This document shows, in pieces, positions 47,803 through 56,499 of a stretch of 64,000 nucleotides of DNA. Under the pieces are notes generated by a model that was given only the letters and a program-made list of their open reading frames with translations, ran no database searches and was not told where the DNA came from. The translations under genes and the position numbers were made by a program. Origin of the DNA: an uncultured Bacteroidales bacterium (GTDB lineage: Bacteria; Bacteroidota; Bacteroidia; Bacteroidales; UBA3663). The stretch spans positions 16,306 through 80,305 of the forward strand of contig CAMPAQ010000017.1 in the NCBI GenBank assembly GCA_946631995.1. Reading direction: 5' to 3'. The stretch's first letter is position 1. Each line of letters starts with the position of its first letter.

Positions 47803-49407
47803 TTACCGACGAACGACCAACGTGCCGCGTCCGGCAGAGCCTTTTCCGACTGGAATGCCATTCAACAGATACGCCGTCTTGGCCGGAGCGACAGAGTCGT
47901 TTTTCAGCTCTTCGATGTCCGATGCCTCATTCTCCTGTTCCGGGTCGGCCTGCTGCGAGTCGCGTAGCCGCTCATATTCGACGGCAGCCAGAATGAACGC
48001 GCCCAGCACCTTGCCTTCGGTGTACTTCGTTACGCGGGTCACATCGCTGCCCAACAGATAGTATGCGGCCGAGCCGTCGCGGTTAGAAGCACCACCCAGA
48101 CCAGCCGATGCGCAGCTGTTGACCAACGTGTAAGTGCTGTCTTCCTTCATCTTAACGAATTGGTTGACAAAGCCTTCATAGCCTTTCTCGGCAGTTTCCA
48201 GATAATCATCGGCCGAAAGGAAGCCCAGACGGATAGCCTTCAGATACGATGCGACGAAGATGGCCGTCGCCGAGCTTTCGAGGTAGTTGCGTGTCGGTTC
48301 GTACGATTTGCCAGCATAGCTGTCGGCCACGAATGTGCTGTCGTATTTCAACAACTGATACCAACAGCCGCTTGCCGCATCCTGACGCGCCTTCAGACCG
48401 TCGGCCACCTTCTCCAGATACTGAATCAAGCGCGTGCGGCAATCAACGCTGTAGCCCGACAGGCTGCTCTGTGTCGGTTCATACACGATGTCGGTCGGCA
48501 TGAGGTCGATGATGTCAACCAACGCCAAGAAATACCATCCGGCGGCACGACCCCAATATTCTGCCGAACGGCACGTCTCCGGATTGGCCCAGCAAGAGGC
48601 TGCATCGCCAGTCGGATCGGCCGAAAAGGCGTGCCACAACAGCTGCGAATCTTCGTCCCAAAGATAGTGCCATGTGATGTCAAACTGCCGCGTAATGATG
48701 CGCCAATCGTCGTCGCCGATGTGATAGCCGTAACGCTGCAACTGCGCCAGCAAGGCAGGTCCCATATATTGGCCGTCGCACCACATCTGGTTCGGATAGC
48801 TACTCTTGTGCCACCAGCCGCCCACTGCTATCTGACTCATGGCCAACGTGATAGCGTAGTTATTGTTGGCATCGCGCAGACCCTTTGCGGCATTCTGCAT
48901 TGCCTTTTCTGCATTGCTGTGGGTCGAGGCATCGGCTATCGAGGCAAACGCGCCGCCCTCGCCTGTAAGTTCGTAGAGCGTGCAATACATCTTTGAGGCG
49001 TTGAGGTTGTCGAGGCTGCCGCCTGTGGTCGGAACCGAGCCGACAAATTTGTTCGCATAGTCTTCGACAGTATAGAACCACGAACGCGCGAAGGTCGAAT
49101 CCTGATAATATTCTGCGCCTTCAATGAGTGCTTTGGCAACAAGTCCGGGCACATAGTCGAACTTCAAATTCGACCCGCCGGCATTGCTCTTCAATTTGTT
49201 TCCGTCGGCATCGAACGTGGTGAAACCCATCTTTTTCGTGTTGGCATAGAAATCGTTGATACGACTGTCTATCAACAACTTGGAATAACGCTTCGAACTG
49301 TCGAACGTCACATCGGTGTAGGTTTCTGCCCGACAGGCCATGAGGCTGAATCCGAGTGTTACGGCGAATAGAGAGCTGTTGAAAATGTGAATTCCTGAAT
49401 TCTTCAT
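47803..49407 (-). CDS. unsaturated uronyl hydrolase (GH88/GH105 family)
   Basis: Lipoprotein-like N-terminus (LGFSLMAC). The (alpha/alpha)6 fold is inferred from repeated W/Y-rich helices (WCDGQYMG, WHYLWDED, YWGRAAGWYF). Confidence 0.6.
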   Translation of the reverse strand: MKNSGIHIFNSSLFAVTLGFSLMACRAETYTDVTFDSSKRYSKLLIDSRINDFYANTKKMGFTTFDADGNKLKSNAGGSNLKFDYVPGLVAKALIEGAEYYQDSTFARSWFYTVEDYANKFVGSVPTTGGSLDNLNASKMYCTLYELTGEGGAFASIADASTHSNAEKAMQNAAKGLRDANNNYAITLAMSQIAVGGWWHKSSYPNQMWCDGQYMGPALLAQLQRYGYHIGDDDWRIITRQFDITWHYLWDEDSQLLWHAFSADPTGDAASCWANPETCRSAEYWGRAAGWYFLALVDIIDLMPTDIVYEPTQSSLSGYSVDCRTRLIQYLEKVADGLKARQDAASGCWYQLLKYDSTFVADSYAGKSYEPTRNYLESSATAIFVASYLKAIRLGFLSADDYLETAEKGYEGFVNQFVKMKEDSTYTLVNSCASAGLGGASNRDGSAAYYLLGSDVTRVTKYTEGKVLGAFILAAVEYERLRDSQQADPEQENEASDIEELKNDSVAPAKTAYLLNGIPVGKGSAGRGTLVVRR

Positions 49408-49424
49408 AATTTTTGTTTATAAGG

Positions 49425-50084
49425 TTAGTGTTCAATTATTTCAATGATTTTTTGCGGACTATCGGCGAAATGCGTCGCTCCATGTTCGAGCAGGAAATCG
49501 CGGTCACGGAAGCCCCAAAGCACCGAGATGCAGGGCAGTCCGGCATTGCGTGCCGTGGCCAGATCGACATCCGAATCGCCGACATAGACCGCCTCGTCGC
49601 GGCTGGCCGACAAAGCTTCGAGCGCAGCAAAGACCATGTCAGGCGCTGGTTTGCGGGCAACTTCCGGCCGTTCGCCGATGGCAACATCCATAGTGTCGCG
49701 GAAATATTCGGCATAAAGTTCATCGACGCCAGACTGTAGCTTATTGCTGACAACGGCCATACGGTAGCCGCGCCGCTTCAATTCGACCAGCGTGGCGGCA
49801 ATGCCGTCGTAGAGGCGTGTGTTGTCCTTGCAATGATCCACGTAGTATGCCTTGAACTCGGCGAAAACGGCCTCGAACTGCGGATTTCTGTCGCCATCGG
49901 GCACGGACAGAACCATAAGCCTGCGCACTCCGTTGCCGACATATTGACGGACTTGGTCGATGGTCAACGTGGGCATTCCGAACTGCCCGAGGGCATGATT
50001 GACGGCTGCGGCAAGATCCTGCAAAGTGTCAAGCAGCGTGCCATCCAGATCCCAAATTATAGTGTTGATTTTCCGATTATTCAT
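49425..50084 (-). CDS. HAD-family hydrolase (phosphoglycolate-phosphatase-like)
   Basis: IIWDLDGTLLDT motif I, VVSNK motif II, YVGDSDVD motif IV. Confidence 0.8.
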   Translation of the reverse strand: MNNRKINTIIWDLDGTLLDTLQDLAAAVNHALGQFGMPTLTIDQVRQYVGNGVRRLMVLSVPDGDRNPQFEAVFAEFKAYYVDHCKDNTRLYDGIAATLVELKRRGYRMAVVSNKLQSGVDELYAEYFRDTMDVAIGERPEVARKPAPDMVFAALEALSASRDEAVYVGDSDVDLATARNAGLPCISVLWGFRDRDFLLEHGATHFADSPQKIIEIIEH

Positions 50085-50376
50085 TCTTTATTGTTGCGAT
50101 GTCGCATTGGACGGAAAAAAATCGCGTAGCAAACAGACACATACCGTTATTCACAAAATGAAATTACATCCAATGTTTTTGTTTTTTTCTGAGGCACAAA
50201 TATCGTCTGTTTTGGGTGCTTGTGCAAATATTTGGGTTACTTTCGATAACCTTGGCGCGGATTTCAACGGCATCGGACAAAAAATGACCCGACAAAAAGC
50301 GCTTTTCCGCCGGTGCTACGCGAATTTCACATCGGCAAAAGCCGCAAGGACTGTTGTCGCATTACGAATAATTCGC

Positions 50377-50384
50377 TACATTTG
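50377..50384 (+). promoter_or_regulatory. candidate azlCD promoter -7 box TACATTTG
   Basis: Consensus match 34-55 nt upstream of the candidate azlC starts. Confidence 0.4.
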
Positions 50385-50438
50385 CGTCCCCGAAAAAAAA
50401 CATCGCACAGGAAGGCGATGGCATCGGACAGGAAAACA

Positions 50439-51197
50439 ATGGAGACAAACTCAAAAAATCGCATAACAAGACGCCTGCAGAAGGGGTCGCCGCTGCTCAA
50501 GGGAATGCGCGACGCCATCCCGATCGGAATGGGCTACTACGCCGTTTCATTCTCGTTGGGCATCATTGCCGGCGCGTTGGACATACCCGCGCTGATGGGC
50601 TTCACGAGCAGCCTGTTCACGCGCGCATCGGCCGGCGAATATGGTGCCTACACGCTGATTGCGGCCCACGCAACATGCCTCGAAGTGATTGGCATGGGCA
50701 TCGTCACCAACCTCCGCTACTTGCTGATGAGCACCGCCTTGACGCAGAAATTTGAACGTCGCACGCCGCTCTGGAAGCGCATGCTCGCTGGCTGCTGCAT
50801 GACCGACGAGGTGTTCGGCATCTCAATCGCCTATCCGGGCCGTATGCCTGCGTCGTATCCCATCGGAGCAACCATGCTGTCGGGCACAATGTGGGCAGCG
50901 GGAACGGCAAGCGGCATCCTGGCCGGCGACATCCTGCCCGCGCACGTTGTCTCGGCCCTCAGCGTCGCCCTCTACGGCATGTTCATCGCCATCATCATTC
51001 CGCCGGCACGCAAAAACCGCGTAGTTGCCGTCACCGTGGCGGCAAGCTTCGCCCTTAGCGGACTGTGCAGCGTTGCGCCGTGGGTGAGCCAATTGAGCGG
51101 CGGCATGCGCACCATACTGCTCACCGTCGTGATTGCAGCCGTTGCGGCTTTCATCAAACCCATCGAACAAGACCCAGAAACAGATGAACAACTCTGA
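50439..51197 (+). CDS. azlC: AzlC-family branched-chain amino acid exporter
   Basis: ORF 50313..51197. The start is ambiguous (ATG at 50418 or 50439). A TACATTTG -7 box at 50377-50384 excludes the longer ORF-track start. Multi-TM AzlC pattern (GMRDAIPIGMGYYAVSFSLG). Confidence 0.7.
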   Translation: METNSKNRITRRLQKGSPLLKGMRDAIPIGMGYYAVSFSLGIIAGALDIPALMGFTSSLFTRASAGEYGAYTLIAAHATCLEVIGMGIVTNLRYLLMSTALTQKFERRTPLWKRMLAGCCMTDEVFGISIAYPGRMPASYPIGATMLSGTMWAAGTASGILAGDILPAHVVSALSVALYGMFIAIIIPPARKNRVVAVTVAASFALSGLCSVAPWVSQLSGGMRTILLTVVIAAVAAFIKPIEQDPETDEQL

Positions 51198-51498
51198 ACT
51201 CGCTCTATATCTGGCGCTTACAGCCATCACTGCCAATTTGGTGAGGATTTTGCCGATGTGGCTCATCAGGGGCCGCATCCGCAACGTCTTCGTGCGCAGT
51301 TTCCTCTATTATGTTCCGTACGTCACATTGGCCGTAATGACCTTCCCTGCCATCGTGCAGGCCACACAGGAAGCTTGGGTCGGACTGGCGACTCTGGTGT
51401 TGGGCATCGCAGCTGCGTGGCGCGGATGGAACCTTTTTGCTGTGGCAACGCTGTGCTGCGTCACGGTGTTCGTACTTGAATTTATTTGCCGAATTTAG
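51184..51498 (+). CDS. azlD: AzlD-family branched-chain amino acid transport protein
   Basis: ORF 51133..51498 trimmed to MNNSELALYLALTAITAN. About 100 aa with 3 TM; overlaps azlC stop. Confidence 0.7.
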   Translation: MNNSELALYLALTAITANLVRILPMWLIRGRIRNVFVRSFLYYVPYVTLAVMTFPAIVQATQEAWVGLATLVLGIAAAWRGWNLFAVATLCCVTVFVLEFICRI

Positions 51499-51555
51499 GA
51501 TTTGGCGACCTTAGACCTGGTGCTCAACCGTCGAACATACGAACAGATACAATAA

Positions 51556-51602
51556 CCCCTCGCATCCAAAGGTATCAACGGATGCGAGGGGAAAATGTTT
51601 TT
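51556..51602. terminator. bidirectional terminator between azlD (+) and the YD-repeat lipoprotein gene (-)
   Basis: CCCCTCGCATCC-AAAGGTATCAAC-GGATGCGAGGGG perfect 12-bp stem followed by AAAATGTTTTT. Confidence 0.7.
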
Positions 51603-51626
51603 CTTGCGTTATGATGTGATACTAGA

Positions 51627-52706
51627 TTAATCTTCTTCCATGCTTGTCTTATGCTTGTCGTCCAAGTTGATTTCCGGCTTCACGTTGTAGGTCGGAGCTG
51701 CCTGTGCGACATTCGGCTTGTCGGCCGGAGCACCTTGAGCGTGTACTTCGTTGTAGAACTTCGTGCCCTTGTTGGTGTTCTTGACAGTCGTCTGCTTGGT
51801 GATCTGGCCTGCGGCATCGTACTCGCGGGTGACGCTGCTGACCTCATACCAATCGGATGCACCGTTGTTCCACTTCTGCTCGAAGATGAGGGTCAACTGA
51901 CCTGCGGCATTGTACTCGTAAGTGAAACGACGTGACTTGATTTCGTCGCGCTTCTTGTTGGCCTTGTGACGATAGACGAGTGCAGTCTTGACACGACCAT
52001 CGGCATCGTAGTTATATTCCGTCTTGCTGTCGTGCTTCAGCTTACCCAGCTTGAGGTCGTAGGTGAAATAGTCGAGCTGCTTGATTTTGTTGCTGCCGTC
52101 TTCATATACCCAACTATACATACAACCCTGCTTGCGCTCCTTGCCGTCGCCTGTAAAGTCGGCGCGGCCGGTCAAACGGCCCTGTGCATCGTAGCTGTAG
52201 GTCCACTCATATTCGGTTGCCCAGCCCTTTGGCATGGCTTTCTGCTCCTTGATGCTGGTGACATCACCATTCTCGTTGTATTCGTAAACGTAGCGCATCG
52301 ATGGGGCTACACGCTTCAAGCCTTCGCTATAGGTTTCGATGACTTCTTCCTGCAACAGGCCTTTCTCATTGTAGGTGAAGAGATCGCGGCCATCGACTGT
52401 GCCGTCTGGACGGAACGACTTGCCGAACGATGGCTTGCCGTTGGCGTAGATGATGTAGTCGGTCTGAACCTTCTTCTTGTCGGCCTTATCGACCGTGAAC
52501 TTGTCAACGGATACGACCTTGCCGTCCTGACCGTAATTAAACACCTCCGAGCCTGTTGCCTCGCCATTGGTGTCGAAAGCAACGATGTCCGACCATGCGG
52601 TTGCCTCTTCAACTGGTTCAACCGGCTCATTCTTGGCCTCGCCTCCGCAGCTGCTGACAGCCACAAGAGTTGCGCACATAGCGCTCAACGTAATGATTTT
52701 TTTCAT
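51627..52706 (-). CDS. YD-repeat lipoprotein (hypothetical)
   Basis: MKKIITLSAMCATLVAVSSC lipobox; repeated YxYDxxGRL-type units (YEYNENGDVTS, YSYDAQGRLTG, YNYDADGRVKT, YEYNAAGQLT, REYDAAGQITK). Confidence 0.65.
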   Translation of the reverse strand: MKKIITLSAMCATLVAVSSCGGEAKNEPVEPVEEATAWSDIVAFDTNGEATGSEVFNYGQDGKVVSVDKFTVDKADKKKVQTDYIIYANGKPSFGKSFRPDGTVDGRDLFTYNEKGLLQEEVIETYSEGLKRVAPSMRYVYEYNENGDVTSIKEQKAMPKGWATEYEWTYSYDAQGRLTGRADFTGDGKERKQGCMYSWVYEDGSNKIKQLDYFTYDLKLGKLKHDSKTEYNYDADGRVKTALVYRHKANKKRDEIKSRRFTYEYNAAGQLTLIFEQKWNNGASDWYEVSSVTREYDAAGQITKQTTVKNTNKGTKFYNEVHAQGAPADKPNVAQAAPTYNVKPEINLDDKHKTSMEED

Positions 52707-52854
52707 TTCTAAAGTTTTTACGTTATTCTGTGTATTCTGTTTTCAATGGTTAAGTTTAGCCGACGGCGAAGGTAGGCATTTTTGACCAATTGCCACATTT
52801 TTCGTCTTAAAAATACGCAAAAACGGTCATAAAATGCCTCCCCGCCGCAGTTTA

Positions 52855-53469
52855 TCATTCAAAATACTCGATTTTGACTACAATCTTGCGCACAGTTTCC
52901 GGTTTGCGTGCGATGCCACAGCATTCGTGGATGTCGCTCGGGAAGAAGAGGTAGAACTGCTTCGGATCGCTGTCGAGCAGAATGTACTGGTCGGATGTCG
53001 GAGCGTCCTTGAAGCGGAAATTCTGCACGTCCTTCTTCTCGCTGTAAGCATTCTTGGCGACGAGGGCCGAGGTGTCGCGCGTCACGGCCATACGTTCAGA
53101 ACCGCGAACTACCCACTGCAGGTCGATGTGCTTGTGATGCTGCTCCCACTGCGTGTTTTCCGGAGTGCGAAGTGCCAGATCCTGGCAATGTGCCGTGGCA
53201 TGGCTCCATGTCATCACGTCCTTGGCAGGCTCCATCTTGATCGGATTGATGGTTAGCAGCCACTGGAAGATGCTGTCGTACATTGCGGCATTCTTCTGAT
53301 ACTGCTGGTAGAAGGTCTCGACGTCCATCTCCTGATACGGCTTTACCGTCCAGCCCTGGCGCCATCGGGCCTGCTTGTACCACTGTAATGCCTCTGGAGA
53401 AGGCTTCTGCTGGGCGAAACCAGCAACTGCAAATGCTCCACAAAGGAGCAACAAACATAACTTTTTCAT
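52855..53469 (-). CDS. secreted YhcH/YjgK/YiaL-family (DUF386, cupin-like) protein
   Basis: Signal peptide MKKLCLLLLCGAFAVAGFAQ. The C-terminal region (QYILLDSDPKQFYLFFPSDIHE) resembles the YhcH beta-sandwich. Assignment is from memory of the family and is moderate. Confidence 0.55.
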   Translation of the reverse strand: MKKLCLLLLCGAFAVAGFAQQKPSPEALQWYKQARWRQGWTVKPYQEMDVETFYQQYQKNAAMYDSIFQWLLTINPIKMEPAKDVMTWSHATAHCQDLALRTPENTQWEQHHKHIDLQWVVRGSERMAVTRDTSALVAKNAYSEKKDVQNFRFKDAPTSDQYILLDSDPKQFYLFFPSDIHECCGIARKPETVRKIVVKIEYFE

Positions 53470-53529
53470 ATCACTAAATTTTTAAATGTGAAAAAATAAT
53501 TTTTATTTTGTTCCTCGCCGAAATTGGTC

Positions 53530-53537
53530 TATATTTG
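53530..53537 (+). promoter_or_regulatory. candidate ACT-domain gene promoter -7 box TATATTTG
   Basis: Consensus match 24 nt upstream of the ATG at 53561. Confidence 0.4.
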
Positions 53538-53560
53538 CGGCGTTTTAAACATTTCAACCT

Positions 53561-53968
53561 ATGATTATCAACCAACTCACCATCCACATTGAAGACCGTT
53601 GCGGCGCATCATGGCAGGTTTTCCAGACTTTGGCCGACAAGGGAATCAACATCCTTTCATACAGCATCAACGACGAGCCTGAATACGGAGTGTTGCGCCT
53701 CATTGTCGATAATGTGAAACGCGCCGAAGAGGCCTTGAAGCAGCAGGCTGTCCATCTGGAACTTACTCCTGTCTATTCCCTCAACGTACCCAACGAGCCG
53801 GGTTCGATGAGCCGTGTGCTGCAAGAGTTGGCCGAAAACCACATTTCCCTCGATTTTCTCTACGCTTTCCAATACCGTGGCATCTCGCAGGCCATCCTGC
53901 ACTCACCGAATATGGAAAAACTGACCAAATGCCTGACCGACTACGAACGGGCAAAGGTCTTGGGCTGA
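53561..53968 (+). CDS. ACT-domain protein
   Basis: 135 aa, two short ACT-like beta-alpha-beta-beta-alpha-beta units (INILSYSINDEPEYGVLRLIV). Confidence 0.6.
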   Translation: MIINQLTIHIEDRCGASWQVFQTLADKGINILSYSINDEPEYGVLRLIVDNVKRAEEALKQQAVHLELTPVYSLNVPNEPGSMSRVLQELAENHISLDFLYAFQYRGISQAILHSPNMEKLTKCLTDYERAKVLG

Positions 53969-53978
53969 AGGCCGATTC

Positions 53979-54548
53979 TCACTTCCTCATACTAAATTCG
54001 CAACCGCAATACAACTGGTTGTAAAAGCCATTTTCCTTCAGCAGCTCATTGCGACGTTGCTGAAGGCCGCCTTTGCGCCAATTGCGGTCGTCAAATCGGA
54101 CAAGTTGCTCCGCATTGCCGCCTTGATTGACCTGTTCGGCAGCCCAAGCTCCTGCGGCATTGATTTGGTCAAGATTCTTCCAACGGCTCGATGCCAAAGT
54201 GGTGGTGAATTCGCCGATGCCAAGTTCCGCGGCCTTTTGTGCCGCGCGCAACAGACGAATGCGGAAACATTGCAGACAACGCGCGCCGCGTTCCGGCTCA
54301 TCTTCCAGCCCCTTCACGCCACGCAGCCAAGCCTCATGGTCGTAATCGTCTTCTATGATCTCGATGCCCAACTTTTCCGCGTAGCGAGTGATTTCATTCT
54401 TGCGAATCTGATATTCCTCGGCCGGAAAAATGTTCGGATTGCAATAAAAAATCACAGGCTGGACACCGTTGGCCGACATCCATTCAAGAATGGCGCTGGA
54501 ACAAGGTGCACAGCAACAATGCAGCAAAACTCTTTTCTTCTGACACAT
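53979..54548 (-). CDS. queH: epoxyqueuosine reductase QueH (DUF208)
   Basis: ORF 53979..54638 trimmed to MCQKKRVLLHCCCAPCSS. Cys cluster CCCAPC...C...C plus C-terminal CGCEFS, typical of QueH. Confidence 0.8.
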   Translation of the reverse strand: MCQKKRVLLHCCCAPCSSAILEWMSANGVQPVIFYCNPNIFPAEEYQIRKNEITRYAEKLGIEIIEDDYDHEAWLRGVKGLEDEPERGARCLQCFRIRLLRAAQKAAELGIGEFTTTLASSRWKNLDQINAAGAWAAEQVNQGGNAEQLVRFDDRNWRKGGLQQRRNELLKENGFYNQLYCGCEFSMRK

Positions 54549-54564
54549 AAACGACAGAAAATTT

Positions 54565-55668
54565 ATGAATAACATCAAACGAATCGTCCTGACAGGCGGC
54601 CCTTGCGCTGGCAAGACAACAGCGCTGGTACGCATCAATTCGCATTTTTCGGCTCTTGGCTACAAGGTCTTCATGATGCCCGAGGTGCCGACGATGATCA
54701 CGCAGGCCGGCTGGAACTATCTGACCGACAACCACGACTTCTACTACGAAGGCGAAAAAGTGATTCTCGAGACGCAGCTCGAACTGGAAGACAAAGTGAT
54801 GCGCATGGCGCAGACCTGCAAAGAACCGTGTGTCGTGGTGTGCGACCGTGGCGCAATGGACATTTCGGCCTACATTTCGCCCGAGATGTGGAACGAACTG
54901 ACCCGTTCGTGTGGCACATCGACCGAAGAACTCCGCACAGGTGGCCGATATGACGCGGTGCTTCACTTGGTTAGTGCGGCCGACGGCGCCGAAAAATTCT
55001 ATACGACGGCCAACAATGCCCAACGCTATGAAAAGGCCGACGAAGCTGGCCTGCGCATCGCCCGCGAACTCGACAAGAAGGTGATTCAGGCCTGGACCGG
55101 GCATCCACACCTGCGCGTCATCAACAACGGCGAAGACTTTGAACGCAAGATGAACCGCGTGCTACGCGAAATTTCGGCCGTGCTCGAATTGCCGTTGGCC
55201 ATCGAAGAGGAGCGCAAATACCGTGTCAAGGTGACCGGCCAACTGCCCGACTGCACCGAAAGCGAAATCACGCAAACATACCTCACGGCCGAGCCAGATT
55301 GCGAAATCCGCCTACGTCGCCGCAGCGCGAACGGCTACGTGACCAACATCCACACTACGCGCAAACGCCTCTCTCCCACCGAAGAGCTTGTCACCGAACG
55401 ACAGGTGTCGAACGCGCTCTACGAATCGCTGCTCCAGCAGGCCGACCCTTATCGCCGCACCATCCACAAGAGCCGCCGCAGCTTCATCTATCAAGGCCAA
55501 TTCTTCGAACTGGACAGCTACGCGGCTGAATTGGACGGGCTTGTAATCCTCGAGACGAAAGGAATCGGCAAACACGAAGAGATGAAACTTCCGCCATTCC
55601 TCGAAATTGTGGACGACATCACCGGCAACACCGCCTTCCTGAACTACAATCTGGCTTTGCGGCGATGA
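54565..55668 (+). CDS. P-loop NTPase (AAA_28-like) fused to a CYTH (triphosphate tunnel) domain
   Basis: Walker A GGPCAGKTT at the N-terminus. The C-terminal EEERKYRV...EIRLRRR...ETKGIGKHEE resembles the CYTH ExE...K...R...E pattern. Confidence 0.65.
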   Translation: MNNIKRIVLTGGPCAGKTTALVRINSHFSALGYKVFMMPEVPTMITQAGWNYLTDNHDFYYEGEKVILETQLELEDKVMRMAQTCKEPCVVVCDRGAMDISAYISPEMWNELTRSCGTSTEELRTGGRYDAVLHLVSAADGAEKFYTTANNAQRYEKADEAGLRIARELDKKVIQAWTGHPHLRVINNGEDFERKMNRVLREISAVLELPLAIEEERKYRVKVTGQLPDCTESEITQTYLTAEPDCEIRLRRRSANGYVTNIHTTRKRLSPTEELVTERQVSNALYESLLQQADPYRRTIHKSRRSFIYQGQFFELDSYAAELDGLVILETKGIGKHEEMKLPPFLEIVDDITGNTAFLNYNLALRR

Positions 55669-55685
55669 ATTGACATTGTCAGGCA

Positions 55686-55720
55686 ATCAGCAAGTTTTCC
55701 GACTTGCTGATTTTATTTTG
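55686..55720 (+). terminator. terminator after the AAA_28-CYTH gene (hairpin abuts the response-regulator stop codon)
   Basis: ATCAGCAAG-TTTTCCGA-CTTGCTGAT followed by TTTATTTTG. Confidence 0.6.
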
Positions 55721-56441
55721 TCTCAACCTCGATATTGCCGCAGACGAGCTTGTAGCCGCGTCCGTGGATGTTGATGATTTCGAGCGTCGGGTCGCTCTTC
55801 AGATGCTTGCGGAGCTTGGTGATATAGACATCCATTGAACGCGCATTGAAGTAGTTGTCGTCGGCCCAGATGGTCTTGAGGGCGAAATTGCGTTCCAGAA
55901 TGTCGTTGGCGTGCGAGCAGAGCAGACGGAGCAGGTCATTCTCTTTGGTGGTGAGCTTGATGACCTCATCGCCACGCGACAATTGCTGCGTCTTTACATC
56001 GAACACAAAACTGCCGAAACGATAGACACTGACGTCCTTGCCGTTATTGCCCTTCACGCGACGCAGAATGGCCTCGATGCGCAACAGGAGCTCCTCCATC
56101 GAAAATGGCTTGGTGATGTAGTCGTCACCGCCAATCTTGAAGCCTTCGAGCACGTCCTCCTTCAGACTTTTGGCTGTGAGGAAAATGATCGGAATGTCCT
56201 GATTGATGCTGCGAATGTCCGATGCGAGAGTGAAACCGTCCTTCTTCGGCATCATGACGTCGAGGATACAGAAATCGTAGCGTCCCTTCAGGAATGCCTT
56301 GTAGCCGGCCTCGCCGTCGCCATACAGATCGCACGAAAAACCCTTTGCCTGCACGTACTCACGCAGCAGCATTCCGAGATTCTCATCGTCTTCGCACAAG
56401 AGGATGTTCAATTTCACATTGTTGTTGACTGGAAGTGCCAT
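55713..56441 (-). CDS. OmpR-family two-component response regulator
   Basis: Receiver domain (LLCEDDENL, DFCILDVMMP, FLTAK) plus winged-helix C-terminal domain. Confidence 0.88.
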   Translation of the reverse strand: MALPVNNNVKLNILLCEDDENLGMLLREYVQAKGFSCDLYGDGEAGYKAFLKGRYDFCILDVMMPKKDGFTLASDIRSINQDIPIIFLTAKSLKEDVLEGFKIGGDDYITKPFSMEELLLRIEAILRRVKGNNGKDVSVYRFGSFVFDVKTQQLSRGDEVIKLTTKENDLLRLLCSHANDILERNFALKTIWADDNYFNARSMDVYITKLRKHLKSDPTLEIINIHGRGYKLVCGNIEVETK

Positions 56442-56499
56442 AAAAAAATTGATTTTTAAGGTTATTATTGTTTATTTTCCGTATTTATCCGACTGAAAA

